Source of the DNA: Candidatus Doudnabacteria bacterium RIFCSPHIGHO2_01_FULL_46_14
GTDB taxonomy: Bacteria; Patescibacteriota; Doudnabacteria; UBA920; 2-01-FULL-46-14
DNA: 57,506 nt
Assembly (NCBI GenBank): GCA_001779925.1
Contig: MFEK01000006.1
Coordinates: forward strand, 80,407-137,912
Direction of reading: 5' to 3'
The notes under the pieces were generated by a model. That model had not been told where the DNA came from and ran no database searches. It saw only the letters and a program-made list of their open reading frames with translations. How positions within the stretch are numbered: the first letter of the stretch is position 1; each line of letters opens with the position of its first letter. The translations under genes were made by a program, and so were the position numbers. This document shows positions 29,082 through 36,673 of the stretch, piece by piece.

Positions 29082-32000
29082 TTATAACTCGAGTTCTATA
29101 TATTTGCACTTTACCCTGTGCGGTGTCTGCTGATCATGCTTCAGAAACTCGTTCTGCTTTGTGCATTCAACAATCTCGTTTATCGCTTCCGCGAAATCAG
29201 CCTTCAGTTTCTCTATATCTTTATCCTGGCCTATAAACGGAACCTTGGCAAGACCTTTTTTCAAATACCAGTATTCCAAGCGCGCCACCTGTTCTCCCAA
29301 GGCCTCTTTGGCAGCCCATTGATAAACCAGAAGCTGCTGTTTGTCCACGTCCGCGATTTTGCGCTGTTCTCCTGTCTTGTAATCGATAATAACGAGGCCC
29401 TCCGGCGATTTGTCAGCGCGGTCGATCTTGCCGGTAAAATAATAGTTTCCGAGCTTGAGTTTAAAGGCTTTTTCCAGGTATTTTGGCTGAGGCGGACTGG
29501 TTTTTGATTCATCATAAAATTCCCGGAGGATTTTTCGTCCTAGCAACTGAAACTCTTCCCTTTCCGCGCGAGTATCATACCAGTCATTAATCCAGCATTG
29601 CTCGTAAAGTTTTTGCAGATATTCTAACGACGGCAGCTCGGGTTTGCTGCTTCCAAACAAATCCTGCGAATTGGAAGACACCATATACTGCCGCAGGAAT
29701 TTTTCAAACGTGCTGTGCATGGTTATACCGAAAGACTGCACCCCGCTTCCCGGGGTTGGCAGACGCATAATATAGCGGTATTTATATTCCAAGGGGCATC
29801 TTTTGAAAAGGGAAATCTGCGAGAAGGAAAAAAATTTCGGCAAGGGTAGCGGGAGATGGCCGGTCGGTAATCCGGCTGGGTAAGGATTTAATTCTACCTT
29901 TCCGGTTGCTTTCGAAGTTTTCTCTTTTTTAATCAACCCCAACTCATGCAAAAAAACTGAAGGGCGCTTTTTGCGCTTGCCGCCATAATCCTCGGCGGAG
30001 GTCAGAAATAATCCGAGTTTGGCGCGGGTCATGGCGACATAGAACAGACGTCGCTCTTCTTCTATGTGAAAATCCCCCTCCGGCAAATATTCGCGGATCA
30101 GCTCAGTAGGGATTTCGATCTGTTCCTTTCGTTCTATTGTCGGAAAACGTTTATCTACAAGGCCAACTACAAAAACATTGCTGAACTCCAACCCCTTGGC
30201 CGCGTGCACAGTCATGAGCTTGACTGCCTCTGGTCCAGCCTCTGGATCAAAGCGCAGATCGCCTTCTTCGCCTGCTTCCTGTTCAAGGTTGATAATCGAG
30301 AGAAAAGTTTTCAAAGTTTTATCAAGGCTATCATTTTGAAAATCCAATATTCGCCGCCGGAAAGTTTCCAGATAGTTTGCGTTTTGATTATCCTCAGCAA
30401 TCAGTTTGGAAAAATGCAAATCATTAACAATCTGCACGAAAACCTGGTCAGTGGATCTATTTTTGGCTGTTTCCGCATGCACGCGGATGAATTCTAAAAA
30501 TGCATGCAGGCCTTCTCTTGAAGCATCATCAATATCCAGGGCTGAGGCTTGCAAGACTGCCTGGTACAGAGAAAGAGTTTTTCGTTTAGCAAATGAAGCC
30601 AGCTCGATAATAGCATGGCTGGAAACCTTGAAAATCGGAAATCTCAAAACGCGGTAAAGTGCCGCAGTCTCGTGGTAATTATCCAGCAGCCGGAAATAGC
30701 TCAAAATATCGAGAATAATCGTCTTGCTATAAAGACCCTTGTTGGCAAAATAGATATAAGGGATCTTCAGCGCATCAAATTTATTCAAAAACGGCTCGAG
30801 GCTGGTATGCGAACGCGCCAAGATCGCAAAATCATTGAAAGTGATGTCTTTGTCTGCCCCTCGTGCAGTGCCAGCCGTAGCCTCGCGCGAAGGATGGGAG
30901 GGGGAGTTGGAGAGGGTCATGAGTTCAGTAATTTTATTAACTACCGCATCGACTTCCTCCAGATAAGTCCCTACTTGCAAGTGTTCCAAATTTCCCTTTT
31001 CTGCCAAATTTGATTTGAGCTTTTTGGACAGCTTGAGTTTGATTTCCAGCCGGTCCGGGTTATTGAGCTGGATGAAGTTATATGCCGAGTCCAGAATTTT
31101 CTGTCCAGAGCGATAGTTATCAGTCAGAGAAATAAATTCGGCGTTCGGATAATCTTTTTGAAAATGAATGATGTTGGAGATGGAAGCTCCGCGAAATTTA
31201 AAAATACTCTGGTCATCGTCTCCAACTACAGTGATATTGTTGCTTGGAGCCGCTAGCAATTTGACAAGTTCATACTGCGCAAGGTTTGTATCTTGGAACT
31301 CGTCGACGAGAATATATTTGTACCGGTCCCGCAAATGGTCCAGAACCTTCGGACGCTTTTTAAAAAGCCGGAGCGTATAATTAATAAGGTCCCCGAAATC
31401 CAGAGCCGAATTGTCCAGGAGGATTTTGTTGTAAGTATGATAAGCGCCCGCTATTTCTTGAAGTCTAGCGGGATTTTCTGGCTCAGATTCCCCTCCCGGG
31501 GAAGGAGCGAGATCAGGGGAGGTTATCTGCGTTTCTGCTCCCTCGGAATTCAATTTGAGTTTCTCCACATAATCCAAATACTCCTCGGGGCTGATCAACT
31601 CGTCCTTTAGCCGCGAAAAATGCGACAACACTGCTTTGATAAATTTGGTCGGATTGCCAAGCGGCCGGTAGTAATCGAGGTTGAATTTGTCGAGATTATT
31701 GCGGATGAGGAGCCACTGTCCGACATCATTTAAAACTTTAAAATCCGGCAAGCCTATCTCAATACCGTATTCGCTCAAAATCTGCTCGCCAAAGGCATGG
31801 AACGTGGAAATCTGCACATTCACAAAACCATGCGGAAGCAACATGTCCACGCGCTCCTCCATTTCCCCTGCCGCCTTTTCCCCAAACGCCAAAGCCAAAA
31901 TTTCTTCCGGTTTGACGCCTTGCTCGATTAGATAAGCAATTCTACGAGTGATGACAGTGGTCTTTCCAGTCCCCGCACCCGCTACTATAAGAAGAGGCCC

Positions 32001-32093
32001 ATCTGCATGAGTGACCGCCTTTTCCTGCTCTGCATTGAGTCCCTCGAGCAGTTTACTTTTCCCTTTAATTTTTATCTCCGTTTGTTGGGGCAT
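29082..32093 (-). CDS. UvrD/PcrA-type helicase fused to a C-terminal PD-(D/E)xK (RecB/AddB-like) nuclease
   Basis: Helicase motifs GAGTGKTT, LVDEFQDTN, VGDDDQSIFKFRGA, TDNYRSG, HAAKGLEF and VAMTRAK. Nuclease motifs GKIDRAD...IIDYKTG and QLLVYQWA. Confidence 0.85.
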   Translation of the reverse strand: MPQQTEIKIKGKSKLLEGLNAEQEKAVTHADGPLLIVAGAGTGKTTVITRRIAYLIEQGVKPEEILALAFGEKAAGEMEERVDMLLPHGFVNVQISTFHAFGEQILSEYGIEIGLPDFKVLNDVGQWLLIRNNLDKFNLDYYRPLGNPTKFIKAVLSHFSRLKDELISPEEYLDYVEKLKLNSEGAETQITSPDLAPSPGGESEPENPARLQEIAGAYHTYNKILLDNSALDFGDLINYTLRLFKKRPKVLDHLRDRYKYILVDEFQDTNLAQYELVKLLAAPSNNITVVGDDDQSIFKFRGASISNIIHFQKDYPNAEFISLTDNYRSGQKILDSAYNFIQLNNPDRLEIKLKLSKKLKSNLAEKGNLEHLQVGTYLEEVDAVVNKITELMTLSNSPSHPSREATAGTARGADKDITFNDFAILARSHTSLEPFLNKFDALKIPYIYFANKGLYSKTIILDILSYFRLLDNYHETAALYRVLRFPIFKVSSHAIIELASFAKRKTLSLYQAVLQASALDIDDASREGLHAFLEFIRVHAETAKNRSTDQVFVQIVNDLHFSKLIAEDNQNANYLETFRRRILDFQNDSLDKTLKTFLSIINLEQEAGEEGDLRFDPEAGPEAVKLMTVHAAKGLEFSNVFVVGLVDKRFPTIERKEQIEIPTELIREYLPEGDFHIEEERRLFYVAMTRAKLGLFLTSAEDYGGKRKKRPSVFLHELGLIKKEKTSKATGKVELNPYPAGLPTGHLPLPLPKFFSFSQISLFKRCPLEYKYRYIMRLPTPGSGVQSFGITMHSTFEKFLRQYMVSSNSQDLFGSSKPELPSLEYLQKLYEQCWINDWYDTRAEREEFQLLGRKILREFYDESKTSPPQPKYLEKAFKLKLGNYYFTGKIDRADKSPEGLVIIDYKTGEQRKIADVDKQQLLVYQWAAKEALGEQVARLEYWYLKKGLAKVPFIGQDKDIEKLKADFAEAINEIVECTKQNEFLKHDQQTPHRVKCKYIELEL

Positions 32094-32123
32094 AGTTAGA
32101 TTTTATCATAGTTTATAATAATT

Positions 32124-32152
32124 TTGACAGTCCGTTTTTTAAAAACTAGAAT
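32124..32152 (+). promoter_or_regulatory. consensus-like sigma-70 promoter
   Basis: TTGACA (32124..32129), a 17-nt spacer, TAGAAT (32147..32152), followed by AGGAGG and ATG 32182. Confidence 0.55.
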
Positions 32153-32181
32153 TACTTATTCAACGAATAGGAGGTATACAG

Positions 32182-32616
32182 ATGTACAAAGCCATGTTGA
32201 CGCTCGAAAGGAATTCAAGCACTCTTAGCCCGTCCTTGGAGGCAGTGATAATCACTGGACGCGCCGAGAGACTGCTGAAAGAGGGAATGCCGAGAAGAGA
32301 AATAATCGCAGTACTGCGGACAGGCTGGGGTAGTACTCCACAGAAGGCCCTTGGGGTAGCTTGCGATTACCTGATAGGTAAACTCAAGAAGCGATCCAAA
32401 ATGACGATTGGCACTACGCTATTCTTTCACTTTAAAGAAGCATTCGGGCTTACGCAGCTTCAAATCCGTGGGAAGAGATCTAAGCGTCAAATCTTGACCT
32501 CTGATCACCCGCTCAGCAAGCATTTGCCAAAGAGTTTCAAAGACGATTGGGGGAGATCCGATTCGCTCGTGATAAAGGTCGGCGAGGAGTCTGTTGAGTT
32601 TCAACTTTACTCCTGA
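32182..32616 (+). CDS. hypothetical protein (stand-alone transcription unit)
   Basis: 144 aa with strong AGGAGG 7 nt upstream, its own promoter and an intrinsic terminator. No recognisable domain. Confidence 0.55.
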   Translation: MYKAMLTLERNSSTLSPSLEAVIITGRAERLLKEGMPRREIIAVLRTGWGSTPQKALGVACDYLIGKLKKRSKMTIGTTLFFHFKEAFGLTQLQIRGKRSKRQILTSDHPLSKHLPKSFKDDWGRSDSLVIKVGEESVEFQLYS

Positions 32617-32634
32617 AAACTGTTCGTCGAAACC

Positions 32635-32666
32635 CCGGGTCGTGCCCCTGACGATCCGGTTTTTTT
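32635..32666 (+). terminator. intrinsic terminator
   Basis: CCGGGTCGT-gcccctg-ACGATCCGG followed by TTTTTTT. Confidence 0.7.
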
Positions 32667-32743
32667 ACTGCAATGGTATATGTAACAGGTCAAAAATCCG
32701 CTTTGTGCCAACGGCTCAGACGCGTGTGAGCCGTTAAAATTTC

Positions 32744-32777
32744 GTTCTCCGACCTTCCCCTACCCCTTCTCATGAGG
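32744..32777. repeat. C-tract + hairpin element (CCCCTTCTCATGAGGAGGGG type)
   Basis: CCTTCCCCTACCCCTTCTCATGAGGAGGGGGTTA is related to 45570..45599 and 53686..53717. Confidence 0.7.
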
Positions 32778-32799
32778 AGGGGGTTATCAATTCGGACTC

Positions 32800-33252
32800 T
32801 CATTGCCCCATCAGCATCTTTGTCCAATCGTTCCAGGAACTGCCGCTGTCATCATCGCTTTTATAAGCAGTCCAAAATTCTTGCGGAGTAACGATTTTGG
32901 TACCATGGTACTCTTCTACGTCCAGGACTTCTCTATCGTTTGTGATCAAATATTCCGCTCCAGACGAGGCGCAGGATTCAATGAGTTTATTATCCTCAGG
33001 ATCAGAGACGATATTGAGATGCTGGTAAATTTTCACGATCTGCAGATTGGTAAAAAAATCCTCGAGCATTGTCCGGTACTCGCGGTCGCGCACGAGCTTT
33101 CTGAGCATTTGCCGGTTCTCAGACATTGTCTGATGAGTCGCAAACGCTTGAATGCGGCCGTCGATCACCTCGCGGATAATCCTAAAAGCGTAGGAATTTT
33201 CATCCTGCGCTCCCTGAACAATGATGTTAGTATCGATTACAACCTTTATCAT
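32800..33252 (-). CDS. PIN-domain ribonuclease (toxin-like)
   Basis: MIKVVIDTNIIV... , DPEDNKLIE and ITNDRE carry the PIN acidic residues. Its start overlaps the NicO stop by 4 nt. Confidence 0.8.
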   Translation of the reverse strand: MIKVVIDTNIIVQGAQDENSYAFRIIREVIDGRIQAFATHQTMSENRQMLRKLVRDREYRTMLEDFFTNLQIVKIYQHLNIVSDPEDNKLIESCASSGAEYLITNDREVLDVEEYHGTKIVTPQEFWTAYKSDDDSGSSWNDWTKMLMGQ

Positions 33253-33977
33253 AACAATGTAAACGCTTTATAGGCGATAAATAAACCAAGTGTCAATCCT
33301 GATATACCGACCGCGGTGTTTAAAATTTTTCCCAGAGAGGGTTCTTTCCTCAAAAACAAAAACGGCAGGCTGACGAGCGAGCTGACCGCGATCATGCCGA
33401 TGATCGAGCCGGCGCCAAACACCAGGACATAGAGCATGCCAAGCGGGAAGGATTTGACGCTTGCCAGCACTAGAACAGTCAATCCTGCACTACCTGCGAG
33501 TCCATGCAGCATGCCGAGCAGCAAAGGCTTATGTTTGTGCATATGCTCGCCATTCTCCGCATGAGAATGAAAATGCGAGTGCACTACCCCGGAATGCTCG
33601 TGCGCATGCAAATGCGTTTCTGTGTTTACTAGTTTTACTAAAACTTGCGCTGCTAGAATCGTCAAAACGAAACCGACAATCAGTTCGAAAACCGCAGAGA
33701 AACTCGGAGGGATGACTAGCTTAAACGCGAGCACTAAACCGCCGACAAGCAAAAGCACAATCGTGTGTCCCAGCCCCCAAAGCACAGCCAGGCCGGAAGC
33801 AATTCTAAAAAACCTTGTTTTACTGATGAGGGTCGTGACAGCCAGCAAATGGTCAGCCTCAAGCGCATGTTTCAAACCGAACACAAAGCCAGTAACCAAG
33901 AGAAGCAAGCTAGACAACCGATGTCTCCTCTCCAAAATTTTCCAAACCCTGTTTGCTATTAACCAAGGACAAACCAA
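33249..33977 (-). CDS. NicO/NiCoT-like nickel/cobalt transporter
   Basis: HX4DH signature KHALEADH in a TM helix and a His-rich loop HLHAHEHSGVVHSHFHSHAENGEHMHKH. The start is uncertain (a TTG at 33917 is possible). Confidence 0.7.
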   Translation of the reverse strand: MVCPWLIANRVWKILERRHRLSSLLLLVTGFVFGLKHALEADHLLAVTTLISKTRFFRIASGLAVLWGLGHTIVLLLVGGLVLAFKLVIPPSFSAVFELIVGFVLTILAAQVLVKLVNTETHLHAHEHSGVVHSHFHSHAENGEHMHKHKPLLLGMLHGLAGSAGLTVLVLASVKSFPLGMLYVLVFGAGSIIGMIAVSSLVSLPFLFLRKEPSLGKILNTAVGISGLTLGLFIAYKAFTLL

Positions 33978-34848
33978 CTACAGCAGCTAGTAAAATCAGT
34001 CCACCTGCAATCTGCACCCAGCTTAGCGTAGCGCCAAGGAATTTCCAGTTAACGATTACAGCAGAAAACGGGAACGCCAGCTCGCAAATAGTGGCAATGC
34101 TGGCTTTGGTGGAACGAAGCCCGAGGTAATAAATAAAAAGGGAAACAAATCCGGCAAGGATGGCGATGATGAACACGAAGTACCAGTCTTTGGATGTGGC
34201 GTTTCCTATTTCCCCTAATTTCCCATAATAAACATTGATTAGAAATAGAAACACCAGGGCAGACAAAAACCTTACAGCGGTCATGGCTTGGAAACTGATT
34301 TTTTTGAGCACCACCCGTCCGAAGACTGTTGAGGCTGCCCAGAGAAAGGCCGCGCCAAGGGCGAGAAGCGCTCCCACAGTTTGTCCCTGCAGGCTAAACT
34401 CTTGGAGCTTCGCGTCAGGATAGGTCACAAGATATGCCCCAAACATGCCAAGCAAAGCAAGCGCCCAAAATCCTTTGCCCATGCGTTCTTTCAGGAAAAT
34501 ACTCGCAAGAACTACTGCAAAAAACGGCTGGACTTTCTGAAGCAATATCGGAACTGTCGGCATAAAATTGAAGGCAAAAAAACTCTGGGTAAAAAGCACA
34601 GTAGCCAGTGCGGAGCCGCCGAAGCCGATAAAAATTACAGCCATCCATTCTTTTGCCCCCAGATTTTTCAACTCTTTGAGATATCTAAACAGAAACACGA
34701 AAACTAAAACCGCGATAGTGATGTGTTCCATGAGCACTATCGTTGTCGCAGATAGGTCCTTGGTCAGAGACACGCGAAACGGCGCGTCAACCGCCCATAA
34801 CATAGCCGCGATAACAACTAGAAACGGAGCAAGTTTAAGTTTATTCAT
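33910..34848 (-). CDS. EamA/DMT-family transporter
   Basis: 10-TM duplicated EamA architecture. ATG 34848 is preceded by AAGGAG; the 34908 start would read through a repeat element. Confidence 0.8.
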   Translation of the reverse strand: MNKLKLAPFLVVIAAMLWAVDAPFRVSLTKDLSATTIVLMEHITIAVLVFVFLFRYLKELKNLGAKEWMAVIFIGFGGSALATVLFTQSFFAFNFMPTVPILLQKVQPFFAVVLASIFLKERMGKGFWALALLGMFGAYLVTYPDAKLQEFSLQGQTVGALLALGAAFLWAASTVFGRVVLKKISFQAMTAVRFLSALVFLFLINVYYGKLGEIGNATSKDWYFVFIIAILAGFVSLFIYYLGLRSTKASIATICELAFPFSAVIVNWKFLGATLSWVQIAGGLILLAAVVGLSLVNSKQGLENFGEETSVV

Positions 34849-34859
34849 TATTCTCCTTT

Positions 34860-34921
34860 TGTCATTCCAAACTCGATTTGCAATCCAGAATCCTGGATCC
34901 CGTATCAAATACGGGATGACA
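34860..34921. repeat. compound-hairpin element (TGTCATTCC...GGGATGACA), second copy
   Basis: TGTCATTCC..ATCCAGaatcCTGGAT-CCCGTAtcaaaTACGGG-ATGACA shares its ends and 3' hairpin with 21506..21570. Confidence 0.75.
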
Positions 34922-34930
34922 ACTGTGTTT

Positions 34931-35070
34931 AAAAATAAAAACCCTGCGATTCAGGGCATTATCAAACACTGGCCTTCTTCATCCGTCAAATCAGCGTCAG
35001 ATGCGGAGTTTCACCGCTCCAGTTTCCCGATCCAAATCGGGATTGCCCTAAAGGTTTTTCTATTATAGCA
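34931..35070 (-). promoter_or_regulatory. candidate riboswitch/attenuator leader of the EamA-NicO-PIN operon
   Basis: Extended -10 TGCTATAAT (35070..35062) is followed by a ~125-nt structured RNA ending in the terminator CCCTG-aatcg-CAGGG-TTTTTATTTTT (34956..34931). The 5' half of the terminator can alternatively pair with UUUAGGGCA (35052..35044). Confidence 0.35.
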
Positions 35071-35075
35071 CAATA

Positions 35076-35654
35076 CTACTGTTTAAGATCCCCAAGGCGA
35101 TAATTCGGCGTGCCATAACTCTCGCACCCGACAATCCAGACACCTGTTTCATCACTATCTGGCCAAAAGGCAGGATCGAGATTGGTGGTGGACTGGTCCT
35201 CCAGGGTCGCATATAGGACGTATTTTTTGCCTAAATTTGCCGGATCGCGAAATGATTCGCTGACGTAGACATACTCAGCATTGTAGCAGGAATTATTCGG
35301 GTTCTGTGGATCATGGGGGCAGGAAGGCATAAGTTGTGCAAAATTGACCTGATTGCACAATGAACTAAACACAGTATAATTCACGGCGCCGCCATCATTC
35401 CACGCCGAGGTCGGGTATCCGCCATAAGTATCATAATACAGCTCCAGCGCCTTGGTAATCTGAGCGAGATCTGCCTTGCGTCTTGAATCCCTGGCTTTGG
35501 TGCGTGCTGAATTCAAGCTTACCAAAATAACACTAGCGAGCAGGCCTATCACAGAAATGACCACTAGGAGCTCGACCAGTGTAAAACCTGAAAATTTTCT
35601 TTGTCTATTCAATTCGTCCATAGGTTTTAAAAAACTCATGCGCCTCATGTTCAT
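35076..35654 (-). CDS. type IV pilin-like protein
   Basis: ...RKFSGFTLVELLVVISVIGLLASVILVSL. The start is uncertain (several Met codons 35654..35621; it overlaps the upstream gene end). Confidence 0.7.
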   Translation of the reverse strand: MNMRRMSFLKPMDELNRQRKFSGFTLVELLVVISVIGLLASVILVSLNSARTKARDSRRKADLAQITKALELYYDTYGGYPTSAWNDGGAVNYTVFSSLCNQVNFAQLMPSCPHDPQNPNNSCYNAEYVYVSESFRDPANLGKKYVLYATLEDQSTTNLDPAFWPDSDETGVWIVGCESYGTPNYRLGDLKQ

Positions 35655-36069
35655 CGCGCTTCATCTGAGCCACTAGCTCGTTTTTTGAATTGAATTTTAT
35701 ATTATCTCGAATCTTCTCTAAAAGCTGGACAGTGATTTCCTGCCCGTAAATATCGCGGTTGAAATCGAGAATATAAACTTCCAATTTCTTCTCACTCTCT
35801 CCAAAGGTTTCCGCCGCGCCAATGAAAACTAAAGATGGATGCAATAACTCCCCCTCCCCCCCTCTTAGTTTAAGAGGGGGGGCTCCCGGATTTTCATCCC
35901 CCTTAAGATAAGGGGGATTGAAGGGGTTATGAATTTTTGTAAGTGCCACATAAATTCCCTCTTCCAAATCGCCCTCGACAATATGCATGTTGGCTGTGGG
36001 GAAACCAAGCTTGGTCCCTCGCCCGAAGTTTTTTTCGACTATTCCCGTGATTCGCTTGCGTTGAAACAT
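35605..36069 (-). CDS. monofunctional riboflavin kinase domain protein with repeat-derived insertion
   Basis: GIVEKNFGRGTKLGFPTAN...EVYILDFNRDIYGQEITVQLLEKIRDNIKFNSKNELVAQMKRD is the RibF C-domain pattern. The insert is IHNPFNPPYLKGDENPGAPPLKLRGGEGELL. Confidence 0.7.
   Translation of the reverse strand: MFQRKRITGIVEKNFGRGTKLGFPTANMHIVEGDLEEGIYVALTKIHNPFNPPYLKGDENPGAPPLKLRGGEGELLHPSLVFIGAAETFGESEKKLEVYILDFNRDIYGQEITVQLLEKIRDNIKFNSKNELVAQMKRDEHEAHEFFKTYGRIE
35849..35927. repeat. two adjacent GC-rich palindromic elements inside the riboflavin kinase gene
   Basis: CCCCCCCTCTTAgtttAAGAGGGGGGG and TCCCCCTTAagaTAAGGGGGA. The first is related to intergenic 37634..37666. Confidence 0.75.
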
Positions 36070-36071
36070 GG

Positions 36072-36662
36072 TTATATATCAAGCCACAAAAGGCACGCGC
36101 TGTGGTTACAAGAATCTCCCCATGCTCCTGAATTAAAACCGGGAGCGCATGTCTCGTTGCTCGCCGGACCTTCCATGCCCCAATGCAGGCCAATCGGCTG
36201 ACCCGTGCCTTCAGAATAATACATATAAGCATCGCCTTGGCACTGAGTCTTATTCGCCGGATCGTCAGGTATAGTTGGCATAAATTCCTTCAGAGCATTA
36301 TCCAAAGCTACTGATCCGGAGTATCCTCCTGATCCCGGCCAACACGTGCTAGTATTCCCATGCCCCAAACACCATCTCATATTTGCTCCAGTCGCAGGAG
36401 GAGCTCCATATTTGTCATAGTAAAGCATGATCGCTTTCGTAAGTTGGTTGATATCAGCTTTGCGTCTGGCGTCCCTGGCTTTCAGCCTGGCAGAATTCAA
36501 ACTAATTAAAATCACGCTCGCAAGAAGTCCAATAACGGAAATAACAACTAGTAATTCTATTAAAGTAAACCCAGTTAGAAATCGCGCCCGCGCTTGCGCG
36601 CCGACATGGCCTGCAGGGCGAGCTATTTCTAACGGGGTAAAGCCTTTATTCTTGGGGGGCAT
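36072..36662 (-). CDS. type IV pilin-like protein with duplicated/extended leader
   Basis: MPPKNKGFTPLEIARPAGHVGAQARARFLTGFTLIELLVVISVIG... ATG 36662 lies just after the upstream pilin stop. Confidence 0.7.
   Translation of the reverse strand: MPPKNKGFTPLEIARPAGHVGAQARARFLTGFTLIELLVVISVIGLLASVILISLNSARLKARDARRKADINQLTKAIMLYYDKYGAPPATGANMRWCLGHGNTSTCWPGSGGYSGSVALDNALKEFMPTIPDDPANKTQCQGDAYMYYSEGTGQPIGLHWGMEGPASNETCAPGFNSGAWGDSCNHSACLLWLDI
36568..36639. repeat. inverted-repeat pair of the 'CCC(C/A)GTTAGAAAT' motif inside the pilin 5' region
   Basis: 36568..36582 AACCCAGTTAGAAAT and 36625..36639 ATTTCTAACGGGGTA flank a GC-rich 42-nt spacer. Confidence 0.7.
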
Positions 36663-36673
36663 AGATTTGAATT

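Noticed and set aside
32419-32604. 61-aa minus-strand ORF inside 32182..32616
   Set aside because: It has no promoter, SD or terminator on that strand, whereas the plus-strand ORF has all three. It is kept only as a curiosity.
33930-33965. Partial similarity to the compound-hairpin element (both ORF extensions translate to ..IANRVW..)
   Set aside because: Only about 14 of 20 nt match and none of the hairpins is present. It is probably chance, or a very old fragment.
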